In this document: positions 37,998 through 47,389 of the stretch, piece by piece
How the letters are laid out: every line of letters starts with the position of its first letter
How positions within the stretch are numbered: the first letter of the stretch is position 1
Source of the DNA: Candidatus Poseidoniales archaeon
GTDB lineage: Archaea; Thermoplasmatota; Poseidoniia; Poseidoniales; Thalassarchaeaceae
Direction of reading: 5' to 3'
Length of the DNA stretch: 64,000 bases
Assembly (NCBI GenBank): GCA_028283505.1
Contig: JAPOFX010000003.1
Coordinates: 4,125-68,124, forward strand
The notes under the pieces: generated by a model
What the model was told of the DNA's origin: nothing
Databases searched by the model: none
The model's input: only the letters and a program-made list of their open reading frames with translations
Translations under genes and position numbers: made by a program

Positions 37998-38582
37998 ATG
38001 GGCAGTGTTGGGAGCCAGTATGAAAGGGAGCTCAGATCGGTCTTAGCTGGAGAAATAAACGGAGTAAGGGCTGTTACGAGATCATGCTCAGAAGCTGAGA
38101 GATCTCTTGCAATGAGGGTTACTAACAGGCCATTTCTCGTAGTGAGAGCCCCGGGAAGTGGTTCAGAGGGAACAGGAGATTTACTGGCCCTGAGGGGAGA
38201 CATATGCTTCCCAATAGAAGTAAAATCTTCAAAAAAACCTCGACTTTATCTCTCGGGAAGAACATTTGATCAGTTGAAATCTCTCAAAGAAATGGGAGAG
38301 AGATGTGGTCTGCTTCCACTCTACGCATACAGACTAAAGGGAGTAAGGGGGGATAGTTGGAGAATAATGAAAGTAGAAGTGTCTGGACTGAGTGGAAAGC
38401 TTCGTCACCTGTCCAGAAGTATTCCCTCCCTCCCAGTGACTAGAAACGGTAAGGAATTCTTGGACTGGAACCAAGGAATGCCACTACATAAATTCCTTTC
38501 ACTTGTTTGTAAATCTGATAGTGCGGGCGGGTCTTTGGAAGGAAAACAGAGCAAAATGATTTCTTCTTACATCGCACATTAA
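37998..38582 (+). CDS. hjc: Holliday junction resolvase Hjc with a C-terminal extension of about 55 aa
   Basis: GSQYERELRSVL, VVRAPGSGSEGTGDLLAL and FPIEVKSSK match the Hjc catalytic E...D...EVK layout. Typical Hjc is 120-140 aa and this one is 194 aa. Confidence 0.8.
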   Translation: MGSVGSQYERELRSVLAGEINGVRAVTRSCSEAERSLAMRVTNRPFLVVRAPGSGSEGTGDLLALRGDICFPIEVKSSKKPRLYLSGRTFDQLKSLKEMGERCGLLPLYAYRLKGVRGDSWRIMKVEVSGLSGKLRHLSRSIPSLPVTRNGKEFLDWNQGMPLHKFLSLVCKSDSAGGSLEGKQSKMISSYIAH

Positions 38583-38587
38583 CCAAC

Positions 38588-38848
38588 CTAGTCTCCCTTG
38601 AGATCCTTTTCTAAATCAGAAATTGACTTTTTTACTCTCTCCAATTCTGACTTCAAATCACTGAGATTAGCTTGCTTTAGAATCCGATTTATGCTGTCCC
38701 TCTCCCTACGGAATGAATCAATATCCCTGAAATGCTTTCTAGAAGAAGGATTAGGCTCTCGCATGTCTGTCATGGACGCACGTTGAGGTATGATGTAATG
38801 TGTGTTTTTATGGGACGCAGGTTGAATAGGAAGGAACTGCTGTCGCAT
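38588..38848 (-). CDS. Possible small coiled-coil protein (weak call)
   Basis: 86-aa ORF (61 aa from the internal MTDMREP...) in the only gap between hjc and the S2P gene. C-terminal heptad-like SDLKSELERVKKSISDLEKDL. No homology recognised, so it could be a non-coding spacer. Confidence 0.25.
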   Translation of the reverse strand: MRQQFLPIQPASHKNTHYIIPQRASMTDMREPNPSSRKHFRDIDSFRRERDSINRILKQANLSDLKSELERVKKSISDLEKDLKGD

Positions 38849-38850
38849 TC

Positions 38851-40374
38851 ATGGGAGAAGATGGAGAGGTCTCAGAGACTCGTGGGTTTCCTTTCTTCTG
38901 GATATTTGTCTTAGCATTCGGGGTGTATTCAAACATACTCCCAGCCGGGCTGATTATTGGACTAGCACTGTGGTACACTCTGCTGATATATCTTGAAAAC
39001 TCTGGATTCCTAAAGAGATGGAATTTGGAAAGAGTAGCTGGCATAATTCTGATGATTAGAACAACAAGGGGGCGTGTTTTCCTAGAACGCATATCAAAGA
39101 ATAGAAAATTCTGGAGGATGTATGGAGAGTTTTCTATCTGGCTGTGTTTCTTGGTGATGTTCTCGGTTGTATCCCTAATGGTTCTTGCTTTTGTTACGTC
39201 AATCAATTCTCCCCCACAAGGCTCACTACCTGCTACGGATATCCTTTTCATCCCTGGAGTGACGAGTTTCGTACCTTTCTGGTGGCCTGCCTTGGCTCTC
39301 ATCTTCACTCTGCTTATTCATGAGTACAGTCACGGGATACAGGCCAGAGCACATGGAATGGAGGTCAGGAGCTTCGGACTTCTGGTTGCCGGGCCTATTC
39401 CAGTAGGAGCATTCGCCGAACCTGAACAGATGGATATGGTCTTAGCTCCCAGAAGAGAGAGAATGAGGCTTTTCGCTGCTGGGCCCTCGATAAATTTGGT
39501 AGCTACATTTGTTTTCTTGATTGTTATCGGCTTCCTTTCCAGTGGTTTCGTTGCTACAAATCCAGGCGTACACGCACTAGCGGTTATCGATGGCGGAGGT
39601 GCGGACGAAGCGGGAATCAAATCTTACGATATAATTACCCATGTGGACGGCAATGCAGTTATCGACTATGATTCCTTTTCTTCACAAATGGACTCTCTGG
39701 AAGCCGGTGATGAGATTATATTCACGATAATTCCGTATAATGACGATGAAAGGATATGGGGAGAGAGTTCGGACGTATCTGTCATTCTTGGGGATAAAGC
39801 CCAATATTACCTGAGTCTATGTGATGATGATCAGGAGTGTCTAGATCGGACAACTGATCTATTGGAAGGTTATGGAATTGGAGAGGGGGAGGCCTTTCTC
39901 GGAGTCAATGCCCCCAGATCAGGAACTTACCAGACAGATAGATTCTCGTTCATTTTCGAAGAGAGATACACCTTAGGCCAGAAGGCGCTAACTCTAATGT
40001 TGACTCCGTTGTCTATCATGGGGACTCCCATGTCGTATGATGGACAGACAATGGATCTTCACGAGAGGGGCATGATAGAAATCGATGATGGGTTCATACT
40101 ATCCTCGCTGGGTACTGAAAACTTACTGCATCTTTTTGATTTTATTTTCTGGCTTATCTGGGTAAACTTCCTACTAGGATTTCTAAATCTTCTTCCGATA
40201 ATTCCCTTTGATGGGGGTCACATGCTCAAAGACGGCGCTCACTCACTATTATCTAGAATCATGAAAGGAAGTAATCCCCTAAGAGTTGAGAGGATTGCTG
40301 GGTCTATCGGAGGAATGACCACGGTGATAATGTTGATTATCGTACTTATTCCTATTATGATGCTTATTGTATGA
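38851..40374 (+). CDS. Site-2 protease family (peptidase M50) with PDZ domain
   Basis: HEYSHG zinc motif (LLIHEYSHGIQA), PDZ-like segment (GIKSYDIITHVDGNAV) and the second motif NLLPIIPFDGGHML. Multiple TM helices. Confidence 0.85.
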   Translation: MGEDGEVSETRGFPFFWIFVLAFGVYSNILPAGLIIGLALWYTLLIYLENSGFLKRWNLERVAGIILMIRTTRGRVFLERISKNRKFWRMYGEFSIWLCFLVMFSVVSLMVLAFVTSINSPPQGSLPATDILFIPGVTSFVPFWWPALALIFTLLIHEYSHGIQARAHGMEVRSFGLLVAGPIPVGAFAEPEQMDMVLAPRRERMRLFAAGPSINLVATFVFLIVIGFLSSGFVATNPGVHALAVIDGGGADEAGIKSYDIITHVDGNAVIDYDSFSSQMDSLEAGDEIIFTIIPYNDDERIWGESSDVSVILGDKAQYYLSLCDDDQECLDRTTDLLEGYGIGEGEAFLGVNAPRSGTYQTDRFSFIFEERYTLGQKALTLMLTPLSIMGTPMSYDGQTMDLHERGMIEIDDGFILSSLGTENLLHLFDFIFWLIWVNFLLGFLNLLPIIPFDGGHMLKDGAHSLLSRIMKGSNPLRVERIAGSIGGMTTVIMLIIVLIPIMMLIV

Positions 40375-41184
40375 TTATTCCTCTTCTTCCTTTGGAGGGA
40401 AAGTTGCATCGACCACACTGGGAATAATCAATATTGAGGCGATTACTAATCCCAACATAGTCCAAGTCTTACTAGTGACGTAGTCTGCAGAGGGAGGAGG
40501 GGAGAAGAATAGTTTAGCCGCTCCGATCCATGGGATTTCAGAAGAGGCGATTCCGATTACCCATTCATCCTTCACCGCAGTGACTGGATTATTATTCTCA
40601 TCCAGAAGCCCATTTCTCCCATCTTGACCGGTAGCTGAAAGTTGGTCTATTCTACATCCATTGGTATTCTGGTTATCCCCAGTTGTGAGATATCCTTCAT
40701 GAGAGGGGACCCAATCTTCTATCTTGAGTTCATATTCCGAGCCATGATATGACACACAGCTGTATTCGAGCGTCCAATTGATGCTATCAACCCCCCTTAG
40801 CGTGGTACCCGGGACGTCCCACCCACCTGTGTCATTATGGACAGCCTTCAGAAGCGCCCTGTGGATTACAGGAGTATCAGTACCCCCATTTTTACTAAAC
40901 ACAATTACATCCCCGTACATCCCATGAGACTTGTATCCAAAATTATCATCATTCGTGTCTGTGGCTTCAACATATGTCACTACGTTTTTTCTGGCTGGAT
41001 TAATTACCAGGACTAAATCACCCGGGTCTATTACGCCTATTTTTCCATCTTCGTCATGCATCATCGATCCGGATTCAACCACAACCATAGGGGGGAATGT
41101 TCCTGTTGAGAGAAACATTGCGCCTAGAAGAAGAGAGACTAGTCCACCTGCAAGAAATACTTCTCTGAATACTGCACTGCTCAT
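40375..41184 (-). CDS. Signal peptidase I, archaeal/eukaryotic Sec11 type (S26B)
   Basis: N-terminal TM, catalytic Ser box VVESGSMMH, His box PVIHRAL and Asp box TTGDNQNTNGCRID, plus a C-terminal TM. Ends KEEEE. Confidence 0.75.
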   Translation of the reverse strand: MSSAVFREVFLAGGLVSLLLGAMFLSTGTFPPMVVVESGSMMHDEDGKIGVIDPGDLVLVINPARKNVVTYVEATDTNDDNFGYKSHGMYGDVIVFSKNGGTDTPVIHRALLKAVHNDTGGWDVPGTTLRGVDSINWTLEYSCVSYHGSEYELKIEDWVPSHEGYLTTGDNQNTNGCRIDQLSATGQDGRNGLLDENNNPVTAVKDEWVIGIASSEIPWIGAAKLFFSPPPSADYVTSKTWTMLGLVIASILIIPSVVDATFPPKEEEE

Positions 41185-41185
41185 C

Positions 41186-42025
41186 TCACTCCTCCTCTTG
41201 AAATATCACTGGAGGCCTGGTAAAATCTAAGATCAATGAAAAGAAGGCGATTAACAATAAGCTTACAGAGTCTAAATGAGGAGGATTAAAAGTAACATTT
41301 TCCGTCGACAACAGATATGCTGAAAGATCTAAAGTATCGTGATTTATTCCCCCCATGCCAATATGGATTCCGAAGAGGGTGTTGAGGAGTAGTAGGGCAA
41401 TTGCCAATGCCGAGAAAACGATAATCATTCTATTTGCCTTCTTTGTCTTGAGGATCGAGAGAGCTGGAAGGAATTCTGAAAGTTTGGAGTTTTCTGTTTG
41501 CCACCACTGGCGTTGAAATTCTCTCCCCACGACTGGAGTTTTTTCATTCGAGGGATTCTTCAGAGGAGAGGCGTCCACCTTGAACCTCCTCCCACCTCTG
41601 ATCTGGTAATGATCGTATAGTCCCATCAGCCTTGATTGATATTTAGGGCCGAGAATATCTGCAGCATCCTCCGCCTCTTTCCTCCTTTTGAGGACCTCGG
41701 TCCTTGCATCCAACTCAAGTATTTCCTCCAAAGCTGTTCTTTGCGACCAAAAATAGCCAAACTCAGGTAGGGTGTAGAATGAAGTAAATGACCCAAAAAC
41801 CAAACATAGCCAACTGAATGGGACCAAGCTATCTTGATGTGAAGGATCCGTGGCTCCTCCGAGCATAAATAGGAAAATGAACCCCCATGCCATAGATGCA
41901 CATGATAGGATTGTAACGTAAGTAATGATTTGAAACTGGCTGTCCTTATTGGATTCCCACCACTTGGTCAGAACACCCTTCCTGGTTACCCTTCCGCGAG
42001 CCATAGCAACCATTGGACAGAGCAC
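41186..42025 (-). CDS. Four-TM membrane protein, function unknown, translationally coupled to the signal peptidase
   Basis: 279 aa. Two TM pairs flank a roughly 90-aa charged loop. No family recognised. Confidence 0.5.
   Translation of the reverse strand: MLCPMVAMARGRVTRKGVLTKWWESNKDSQFQIITYVTILSCASMAWGFIFLFMLGGATDPSHQDSLVPFSWLCLVFGSFTSFYTLPEFGYFWSQRTALEEILELDARTEVLKRRKEAEDAADILGPKYQSRLMGLYDHYQIRGGRRFKVDASPLKNPSNEKTPVVGREFQRQWWQTENSKLSEFLPALSILKTKKANRMIIVFSALAIALLLLNTLFGIHIGMGGINHDTLDLSAYLLSTENVTFNPPHLDSVSLLLIAFFSLILDFTRPPVIFQEEE
41191..41195 (-). promoter_or_regulatory. Shine-Dalgarno-like GGAGG for the signal peptidase, embedded in the terminal Glu codons of the upstream gene
   Basis: The minus strand reads GAGGAGGAG TGA G ATG. 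The EEE codons of 41186..42025 supply GGAGG 6 nt before the signal peptidase ATG, with a 1-nt intergenic gap. Confidence 0.5.
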
Positions 42026-42087
42026 ATATGATTAGTCACTTCCTATTTTCTGACTGATACAATTGAAGATTTTCATCCGATTGGTTC

Positions 42088-43407
42088 ATGAGAAGACCGT
42101 GTCATGGAGGTTTGATGAAAAGGGGGACCCTACCAGTAGTGATGGTCATATTTATGCTAACATCTGGTTGTATGACAAACGCTCCTGATTTGGATGGAGA
42201 TGGAATTCAAGACAGTGAAGATTTGGATATTGATGGGGATGGATGGGACAATGACGTGGAGCTGAATTGTTCTACTGATCATCTTGTCTCCACAAGTGTT
42301 CCATCAGATATTGACGGAGACTTGGTCTGCGACTTCCTTGATAGTGATGATGATGGCGATCTTTGGGGGGATTTTACGGAGTTAGATTGCAATACAGATC
42401 CACGAGACAACAAATCGGTCCCTGATGACTATGACGGAGATATGATTTGTGATGTGCTGGATTTGGATGCTGATGGCGATGGCCTTCCTAATGATTGGGA
42501 GCAAGCCAGAGGTCTGGATTACCTAGATAGCGAGGACTACATCACTTGTCATGGAATGAGCGAGTATTGTTTGAGAACATATGACGATTTTACCTTCGCT
42601 GAGTCTCATAACTCATTTTCAACCCCTGAAGACGGCATAGTTGCTGGAATAAACCACCATACTGGTTTGCAGAGACAATGGGAAGATGGTATCAGAGCCT
42701 TCATGTTAGACCCGTATCATCCGTCTGAATTGAATAATGAAAAGGAGGATGTAGTTTTTTGCCATGCATTGTCCTTACCGAATACTCCCCCGTGTTTGTT
42801 TGGTAGTGTTGATGCCTTCGCTTGGCTCAGGAATCTAAATTCTCTCCACAACAACAGCAGTGGCGACGTTGTCAGTCTCCTGATACAGAACTATCGAGTT
42901 CCGGGAGAGCATCTGGAGTACCTACTAAATGAGACAGGAATCTTGGAGAGAGCATACATACACGAATTAGGAAGCCCATGGCCTTCTATAGGAGACATGG
43001 CGTTGTCTGGGGCTGATGTAGTGATTTTCGTCGAGATGGAATATGAGGGTAATTTCACCAAATTATTACCAGCTTGGAAGCACACCTGGGATACCCCGTA
43101 CGGAGAGTCTAGCCAGGATGAAATGACCTGTGACCTAGGGAGAGGTGATGCAAGCCAACCTGTTTGGCACATGAATAACTGGTTGAGCACTTTTGGATTA
43201 TCGGATGCAAACAAGGCGTCTCAGGTCAATTCTTACGAAACCTTACTGGAAAGGGCCCTGCTATGCTGGGAAACTGTAGGTAATAGGCCTACATTCATTG
43301 GCGTAGATTATTGGGAGCAGGGAGAGGTGACAAATGTGACTAGGACACTAAACAAAATGTCAGATTGGTCCGATGATTTGCCACCTCATCCCTCTTCGGA
43401 AATCTAG
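42088..43407 (+). CDS. Putative lipoprotein: thrombospondin-type-3-like Asp-rich repeats plus a PI-PLC X-domain-like phosphodiesterase domain
   Basis: Signal plus lipobox-like VMVIFMLTSGC, D-x-D-x-D-G repeats, then FAESHNSFS...GIRAFMLD, which resembles PLC-like phosphodiesterases. Confidence 0.6.
   Translation: MRRPCHGGLMKRGTLPVVMVIFMLTSGCMTNAPDLDGDGIQDSEDLDIDGDGWDNDVELNCSTDHLVSTSVPSDIDGDLVCDFLDSDDDGDLWGDFTELDCNTDPRDNKSVPDDYDGDMICDVLDLDADGDGLPNDWEQARGLDYLDSEDYITCHGMSEYCLRTYDDFTFAESHNSFSTPEDGIVAGINHHTGLQRQWEDGIRAFMLDPYHPSELNNEKEDVVFCHALSLPNTPPCLFGSVDAFAWLRNLNSLHNNSSGDVVSLLIQNYRVPGEHLEYLLNETGILERAYIHELGSPWPSIGDMALSGADVVIFVEMEYEGNFTKLLPAWKHTWDTPYGESSQDEMTCDLGRGDASQPVWHMNNWLSTFGLSDANKASQVNSYETLLERALLCWETVGNRPTFIGVDYWEQGEVTNVTRTLNKMSDWSDDLPPHPSSEI
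42187..42495 (+). repeat. Tandem Asp-rich calcium-binding-type repeats inside the CDS
   Basis: Two roughly 38-aa units align: ELNCSTDHLVSTSVPSDIDGDLVCDFLDSDDDGD and ELDCNTDPRDNKSVPDDYDGDMICDVLDLDADGD. They are flanked by further DLDGDG/DIDGDG elements. Confidence 0.65.
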
Positions 43408-43418
43408 TTGGGAGCGCC

Positions 43419-46370
43419 ATGACCATTCTTCACCCTGAGGTCAGAGGACTCATCAATAATAGGAAGTGGAAACTCTCTACGATACAGAGGTCGTCCATGG
43501 AAGACCTGGTATCTGGATTTGATAGAGTTCTGGTCTCGCCCACTGGAAGTGGAAAAACTGAGGCGGCAATCCTTCCTTTGGCATCCAGATTTATCTCAGA
43601 GAATTGGGATGGGCTATCAATACTCTACATTACTCCTCTCAGAGCACTAAACAGGGATATTGATAGGAGGCTTGCCGAAATGCTAGGGCCCTTGGGGATA
43701 ACTGTTGGAATTAGGCATGGCGATACTTCGCAGAGAGAGAGGACGAAGCAGTCGAAAAATCCCCCAAACCTACTGATAACAACTCCTGAGACTGCACAAA
43801 TAATGCTCCTTGGAAGTAGGTTGAGAGGACATTTATCTGGGATAAAGGCGGTGGTATTAGATGAGGTACATGACCTGGCATCATCAGAAAGAGGAGCACA
43901 ATTATTGGTTGCTCTGGAAAGAATCAATGAATATTGTCCAAATGGGTTCCAGCGAATCGGACTGTCTGCCACGGTTGGAAATCCTGATGAAACAGCTAGA
44001 TGGTTATCTAGAGATGCTATCGCAATTGTTGGCCCTTCTCCAAGATCCACCGAAGTTTTGGTCCACAGAGAGATGCCGGACCCATCAGATGAAGCTACGT
44101 CAATAATTTGGTCAAGTTCGCCCCATTCAGTTGCAGCTCACAGGAGGCTTGCAAAATCTCTCTATGAGAGCTACCCGGCATTGGTTTTCGTTAACTCACG
44201 TAATGCTGCAGAATCAGTTTCCCAGCGACTAAGAGGGATTAATCCAGACTTGAAACTTGGCGTCCACCATGGAAGTCTTGCCGCTGAGACCAGGATGGAA
44301 ATGGAGGAAAGGCTCCGAAACGGAGATTTGCATGCCATAGTATGTACTAGTAGCCTGGAGCTTGGGATAGACATAGGCTCAATCAAGAGAGTCCATCAGA
44401 TACAAAGTCCCAGAGCAGTTGATCGGCTTCTCCAGAGAATGGGCAGGGCGGAACACAACATCGGAGGTACAGGAAGGGGGGAGTTGCTGGCATGGGAGAC
44501 TGACGAGGTTGCAGAAGGTGCGGTAATTGCTCGAAAGGCAATGTCTGGAGAATTAGAGGGTGTCGAATGGCGCACTAATCCAGGAATCGTAGCCGCAAAC
44601 CAATTTATGCAGATGTCAATTGAAAGGGGAGTAGTTCCAATTGACTTAGCCACCAACATAATATCGAGGTGTTCGATATTCAATAAGTGGGATAGGGAGG
44701 ATACTGTCTCCCTGCTCAGAGTACTATGTGATAGGTGGATGATAAATTTCGTCGAAGACCCAAATGATTCTGACGTTACCTCATGGTCGCCGAAGCTTTG
44801 GTCAAGATTGGCGGGTATCACTGAAGGAGATGCTCCACTTGAGAGGCCGTCATGGGATCAGGAGATTGATGATTTGACGAAGATAAGATGGAGGAAGCAG
44901 TTAACATCAGGACTCCCAGACGTGCTGAAAGAGGGGTGGTTCTCTCCTTCAGCCAGACTAGGCAGAAACCGGATTGACCATATCTCAATGATTCCAGATG
45001 AGTTATCTTACAGGGTGAGAGACGCAGTTGGTAGAAGTGTTCTAGGGTCTGTAGACGAGGCGTTTGTTCTCTCCCTGGGAGGAGAAGAGGACGGGAAAAG
45101 TGGCAGTAGAGCTTTCGTAATGGCTGGGAGAACCTGGCAAATTGTTGATGCTGACCCCGATCAAGAGGAAATTCTAGTCATTCCAATCAATGATTCGGGA
45201 GAAGTCCCAGTATGGTCAGGGGAGTTACCTCCGGTCCCGATTGAAGTTGCTATGGAGGTCGGTATGCTGAGAAGATCTGTTGCCATTGCCATCGGTGCTT
45301 CGGACGGTGAGGCTCGCGACCTTGATGAGTATCCATTGTCTGAAGATGCGCGGAATCATCTCATCAGTACCGTCACAGAACATTACGACGCATCTGGCGT
45401 AATTCCAGACGAGAACACTATTACAGTTTCAGAAAGCGACGGGGCCATAATTGTGAATACTTGCAGGGGATCTAGGGTAAATGAGACACTTGGACATCTT
45501 CTCCAGGCAATGGGATCTCTGAAGGACGGGAAGATGGGAAGATCAACGATTGATCCATACAGGATCTCACTACAGGTTCCCTCGCTGTCTGCCGGTGATG
45601 TCGTGAGTCTACTGAATGAAACTCCGGCTTCATCGATTCCTTCCATCATGTGGATGACTATCCCTAATGGTAGAGCGATCAGATGGAGAGTGGTTCAGGT
45701 TGCCAGGAAGATGGGGATTCTTCAGAAAGGAACTGATCCTAGAAAGGTCAATTTAGAGGGTTTGATGCAGAGATACAGAGGAACTCCTGTGATCGAAGAG
45801 TCTCTCGAGAAGCTTTTCCATGAGAGGATGGATATCGAAGGAACGCAGGACCTACTTCGACAAATAAGTAATGGGAGTGTTGAGGTCCACATTACTGCCC
45901 CCGGGAGGCTTGGCAGGTCACCAAAAGCTGAGATGGATTTGTTGCTTCCAGCCTGGAGCGATGTCGAGATTAGAGAGAGGCTTGAGACACGTCTTCTCAA
46001 TGAACGAGCAGTTCTAATTTGCCTGAATTGTGAAAGTAAAACTAGGAGACGGGTAGAAAGATTGGTACAGATATCCCCTTGTTCAGCTTGTGGGGGGACT
46101 ATGCAGGCCTGTGCTCCGGAAAGACTGGAAAAATCTCTTTTGGAGAGGATTAGAAGCTCGGACGGGAAGATTGCAGGGAGAGTTCAGAGGAACGCGGAGC
46201 TTGTGAGGACACATGGTCAGGATGCTATTCTTTGCTTGATGGGCCGAGGGGTTGGGGAGGAAACAGCAACCAGAATTCTAAGAGGGCCCCCTGGTGATAG
46301 GGTAAGATTGCTGAGGTCCATACATAACTCTGAATTGCAATATGCCAGGACTCGTCCATTCTGGCGCTAG
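43419..46370 (+). CDS. lhr: Lhr-like ATP-dependent DEAD/DEAH-box helicase (large archaeal type)
   Basis: Walker A SPTGSGKTEAA, DEVH box (VLDEVHDL), SAT motif, helicase C motifs (VHHGSL, QRMGRAEH), a long Lhr-type C-terminal region and the Zn ribbon CLNC...CSAC. Confidence 0.88.
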   Translation: MTILHPEVRGLINNRKWKLSTIQRSSMEDLVSGFDRVLVSPTGSGKTEAAILPLASRFISENWDGLSILYITPLRALNRDIDRRLAEMLGPLGITVGIRHGDTSQRERTKQSKNPPNLLITTPETAQIMLLGSRLRGHLSGIKAVVLDEVHDLASSERGAQLLVALERINEYCPNGFQRIGLSATVGNPDETARWLSRDAIAIVGPSPRSTEVLVHREMPDPSDEATSIIWSSSPHSVAAHRRLAKSLYESYPALVFVNSRNAAESVSQRLRGINPDLKLGVHHGSLAAETRMEMEERLRNGDLHAIVCTSSLELGIDIGSIKRVHQIQSPRAVDRLLQRMGRAEHNIGGTGRGELLAWETDEVAEGAVIARKAMSGELEGVEWRTNPGIVAANQFMQMSIERGVVPIDLATNIISRCSIFNKWDREDTVSLLRVLCDRWMINFVEDPNDSDVTSWSPKLWSRLAGITEGDAPLERPSWDQEIDDLTKIRWRKQLTSGLPDVLKEGWFSPSARLGRNRIDHISMIPDELSYRVRDAVGRSVLGSVDEAFVLSLGGEEDGKSGSRAFVMAGRTWQIVDADPDQEEILVIPINDSGEVPVWSGELPPVPIEVAMEVGMLRRSVAIAIGASDGEARDLDEYPLSEDARNHLISTVTEHYDASGVIPDENTITVSESDGAIIVNTCRGSRVNETLGHLLQAMGSLKDGKMGRSTIDPYRISLQVPSLSAGDVVSLLNETPASSIPSIMWMTIPNGRAIRWRVVQVARKMGILQKGTDPRKVNLEGLMQRYRGTPVIEESLEKLFHERMDIEGTQDLLRQISNGSVEVHITAPGRLGRSPKAEMDLLLPAWSDVEIRERLETRLLNERAVLICLNCESKTRRRVERLVQISPCSACGGTMQACAPERLEKSLLERIRSSDGKIAGRVQRNAELVRTHGQDAILCLMGRGVGEETATRILRGPPGDRVRLLRSIHNSELQYARTRPFWR

Positions 46371-46403
46371 AAAGCCCTATTTCCCGTATGCCTTCCCAGA
46401 ACC

Positions 46404-46955
46404 ATGCTTGTGGGATTGACTGGTCGGAATGCTTCTGGAAAAACTACTGTAGTCAATTGGTTTTCCTCTAAGGGAGTGAAGACTACCTCGTGTTCCGATT
46501 CTATCAGATCATGGCTATCGGAGCAGGGAATAGAAGAAAGTAGGGACTCACTGATTGAGGGCGGAAGGGAGCTTCGTAGAAGAGGAGGTGCAGGTATTCT
46601 AGCAGAAATGCTACTAGAGTCATTGAATGGTGAGGATGCGGTTATTGACTCAATTAGGACTCCTGGTGAAGTCGAGGCACTCAGAAAGAGGAGCGATTTT
46701 GTTTTGATTGAGATTAGGGCAGGCGTTGATTCCAGATGGAGAAGGTCACAAGATCGAGGCAGGATAGGAGACCCAACAGATAAGCAGAGATTCCTTGCTC
46801 AGGAGAAGGCTGAGGAGGTTGCATCTGATGAGGCGGGGCAGGCGCTAAATGCTACTGCCGCTCTGTCTGATTTGGTAATAATTAACGAAGGGGGAATCGA
46901 AGAGTTATACTCTGACTTGGAAGACCTATGGCCTACACTAGCTAAACTTGCCTAA
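46404..46955 (+). CDS. P-loop nucleotide/nucleoside kinase-like protein (dephospho-CoA kinase/dNMP kinase-like)
   Basis: N-terminal P-loop VGLTGRNASGKTT. 183 aa with LID-like RWRRSQDRGRIGD. Substrate unknown. Confidence 0.6.
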   Translation: MLVGLTGRNASGKTTVVNWFSSKGVKTTSCSDSIRSWLSEQGIEESRDSLIEGGRELRRRGGAGILAEMLLESLNGEDAVIDSIRTPGEVEALRKRSDFVLIEIRAGVDSRWRRSQDRGRIGDPTDKQRFLAQEKAEEVASDEAGQALNATAALSDLVIINEGGIEELYSDLEDLWPTLAKLA

Positions 46956-47379
46956 CACTTACCTGGGCTTCTGACATCATTGACATGGCGATTGCGAAAT
47001 CCTCTTGCCATCTATCTGGTATTTCTAGATCCTTCGGGAAAACGACCTCTTGTATTCCCGCTTGGATAAGTGATCTGGTGCATCTGGAACAGGGTGGCCA
47101 AGTAACATAGGCGGTATTTCCCTTGAGGGAAACGCCAATTCTCGCGGCATGCATTATTGCATTTTCTTCAGCATGACATATCAGAGGATACTTCTGGGAC
47201 CTATCTGATAGTCTTCCATCGTCATCCTCAATTCCTCTCGGGAATCCATTGAATCCGGTTGACCTAATCTCTCTATCGTCACCAACTACCACACAGCCGA
47301 CCTTTGTTGATGGGTCCTTACTCCACAATGAGATGTGTTTTGCTAGTTCCAAGAACCTCTTATCCCACTTGTCACCCAT
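46942..47379 (-). CDS. dCMP deaminase (ComEB/cytidine-deoxycytidylate deaminase family)
   Basis: HAEENAI zinc/catalytic motif, PCSRCTRSL and N-terminal WDKRFLELA. Start set at ATG 47379, because the track's extra 51 aa are not deaminase-like. Confidence 0.85.
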   Translation of the reverse strand: MGDKWDKRFLELAKHISLWSKDPSTKVGCVVVGDDREIRSTGFNGFPRGIEDDDGRLSDRSQKYPLICHAEENAIMHAARIGVSLKGNTAYVTWPPCSRCTRSLIQAGIQEVVFPKDLEIPDRWQEDFAIAMSMMSEAQVSVRQV

Positions 47380-47389
47380 GTAATCACCT

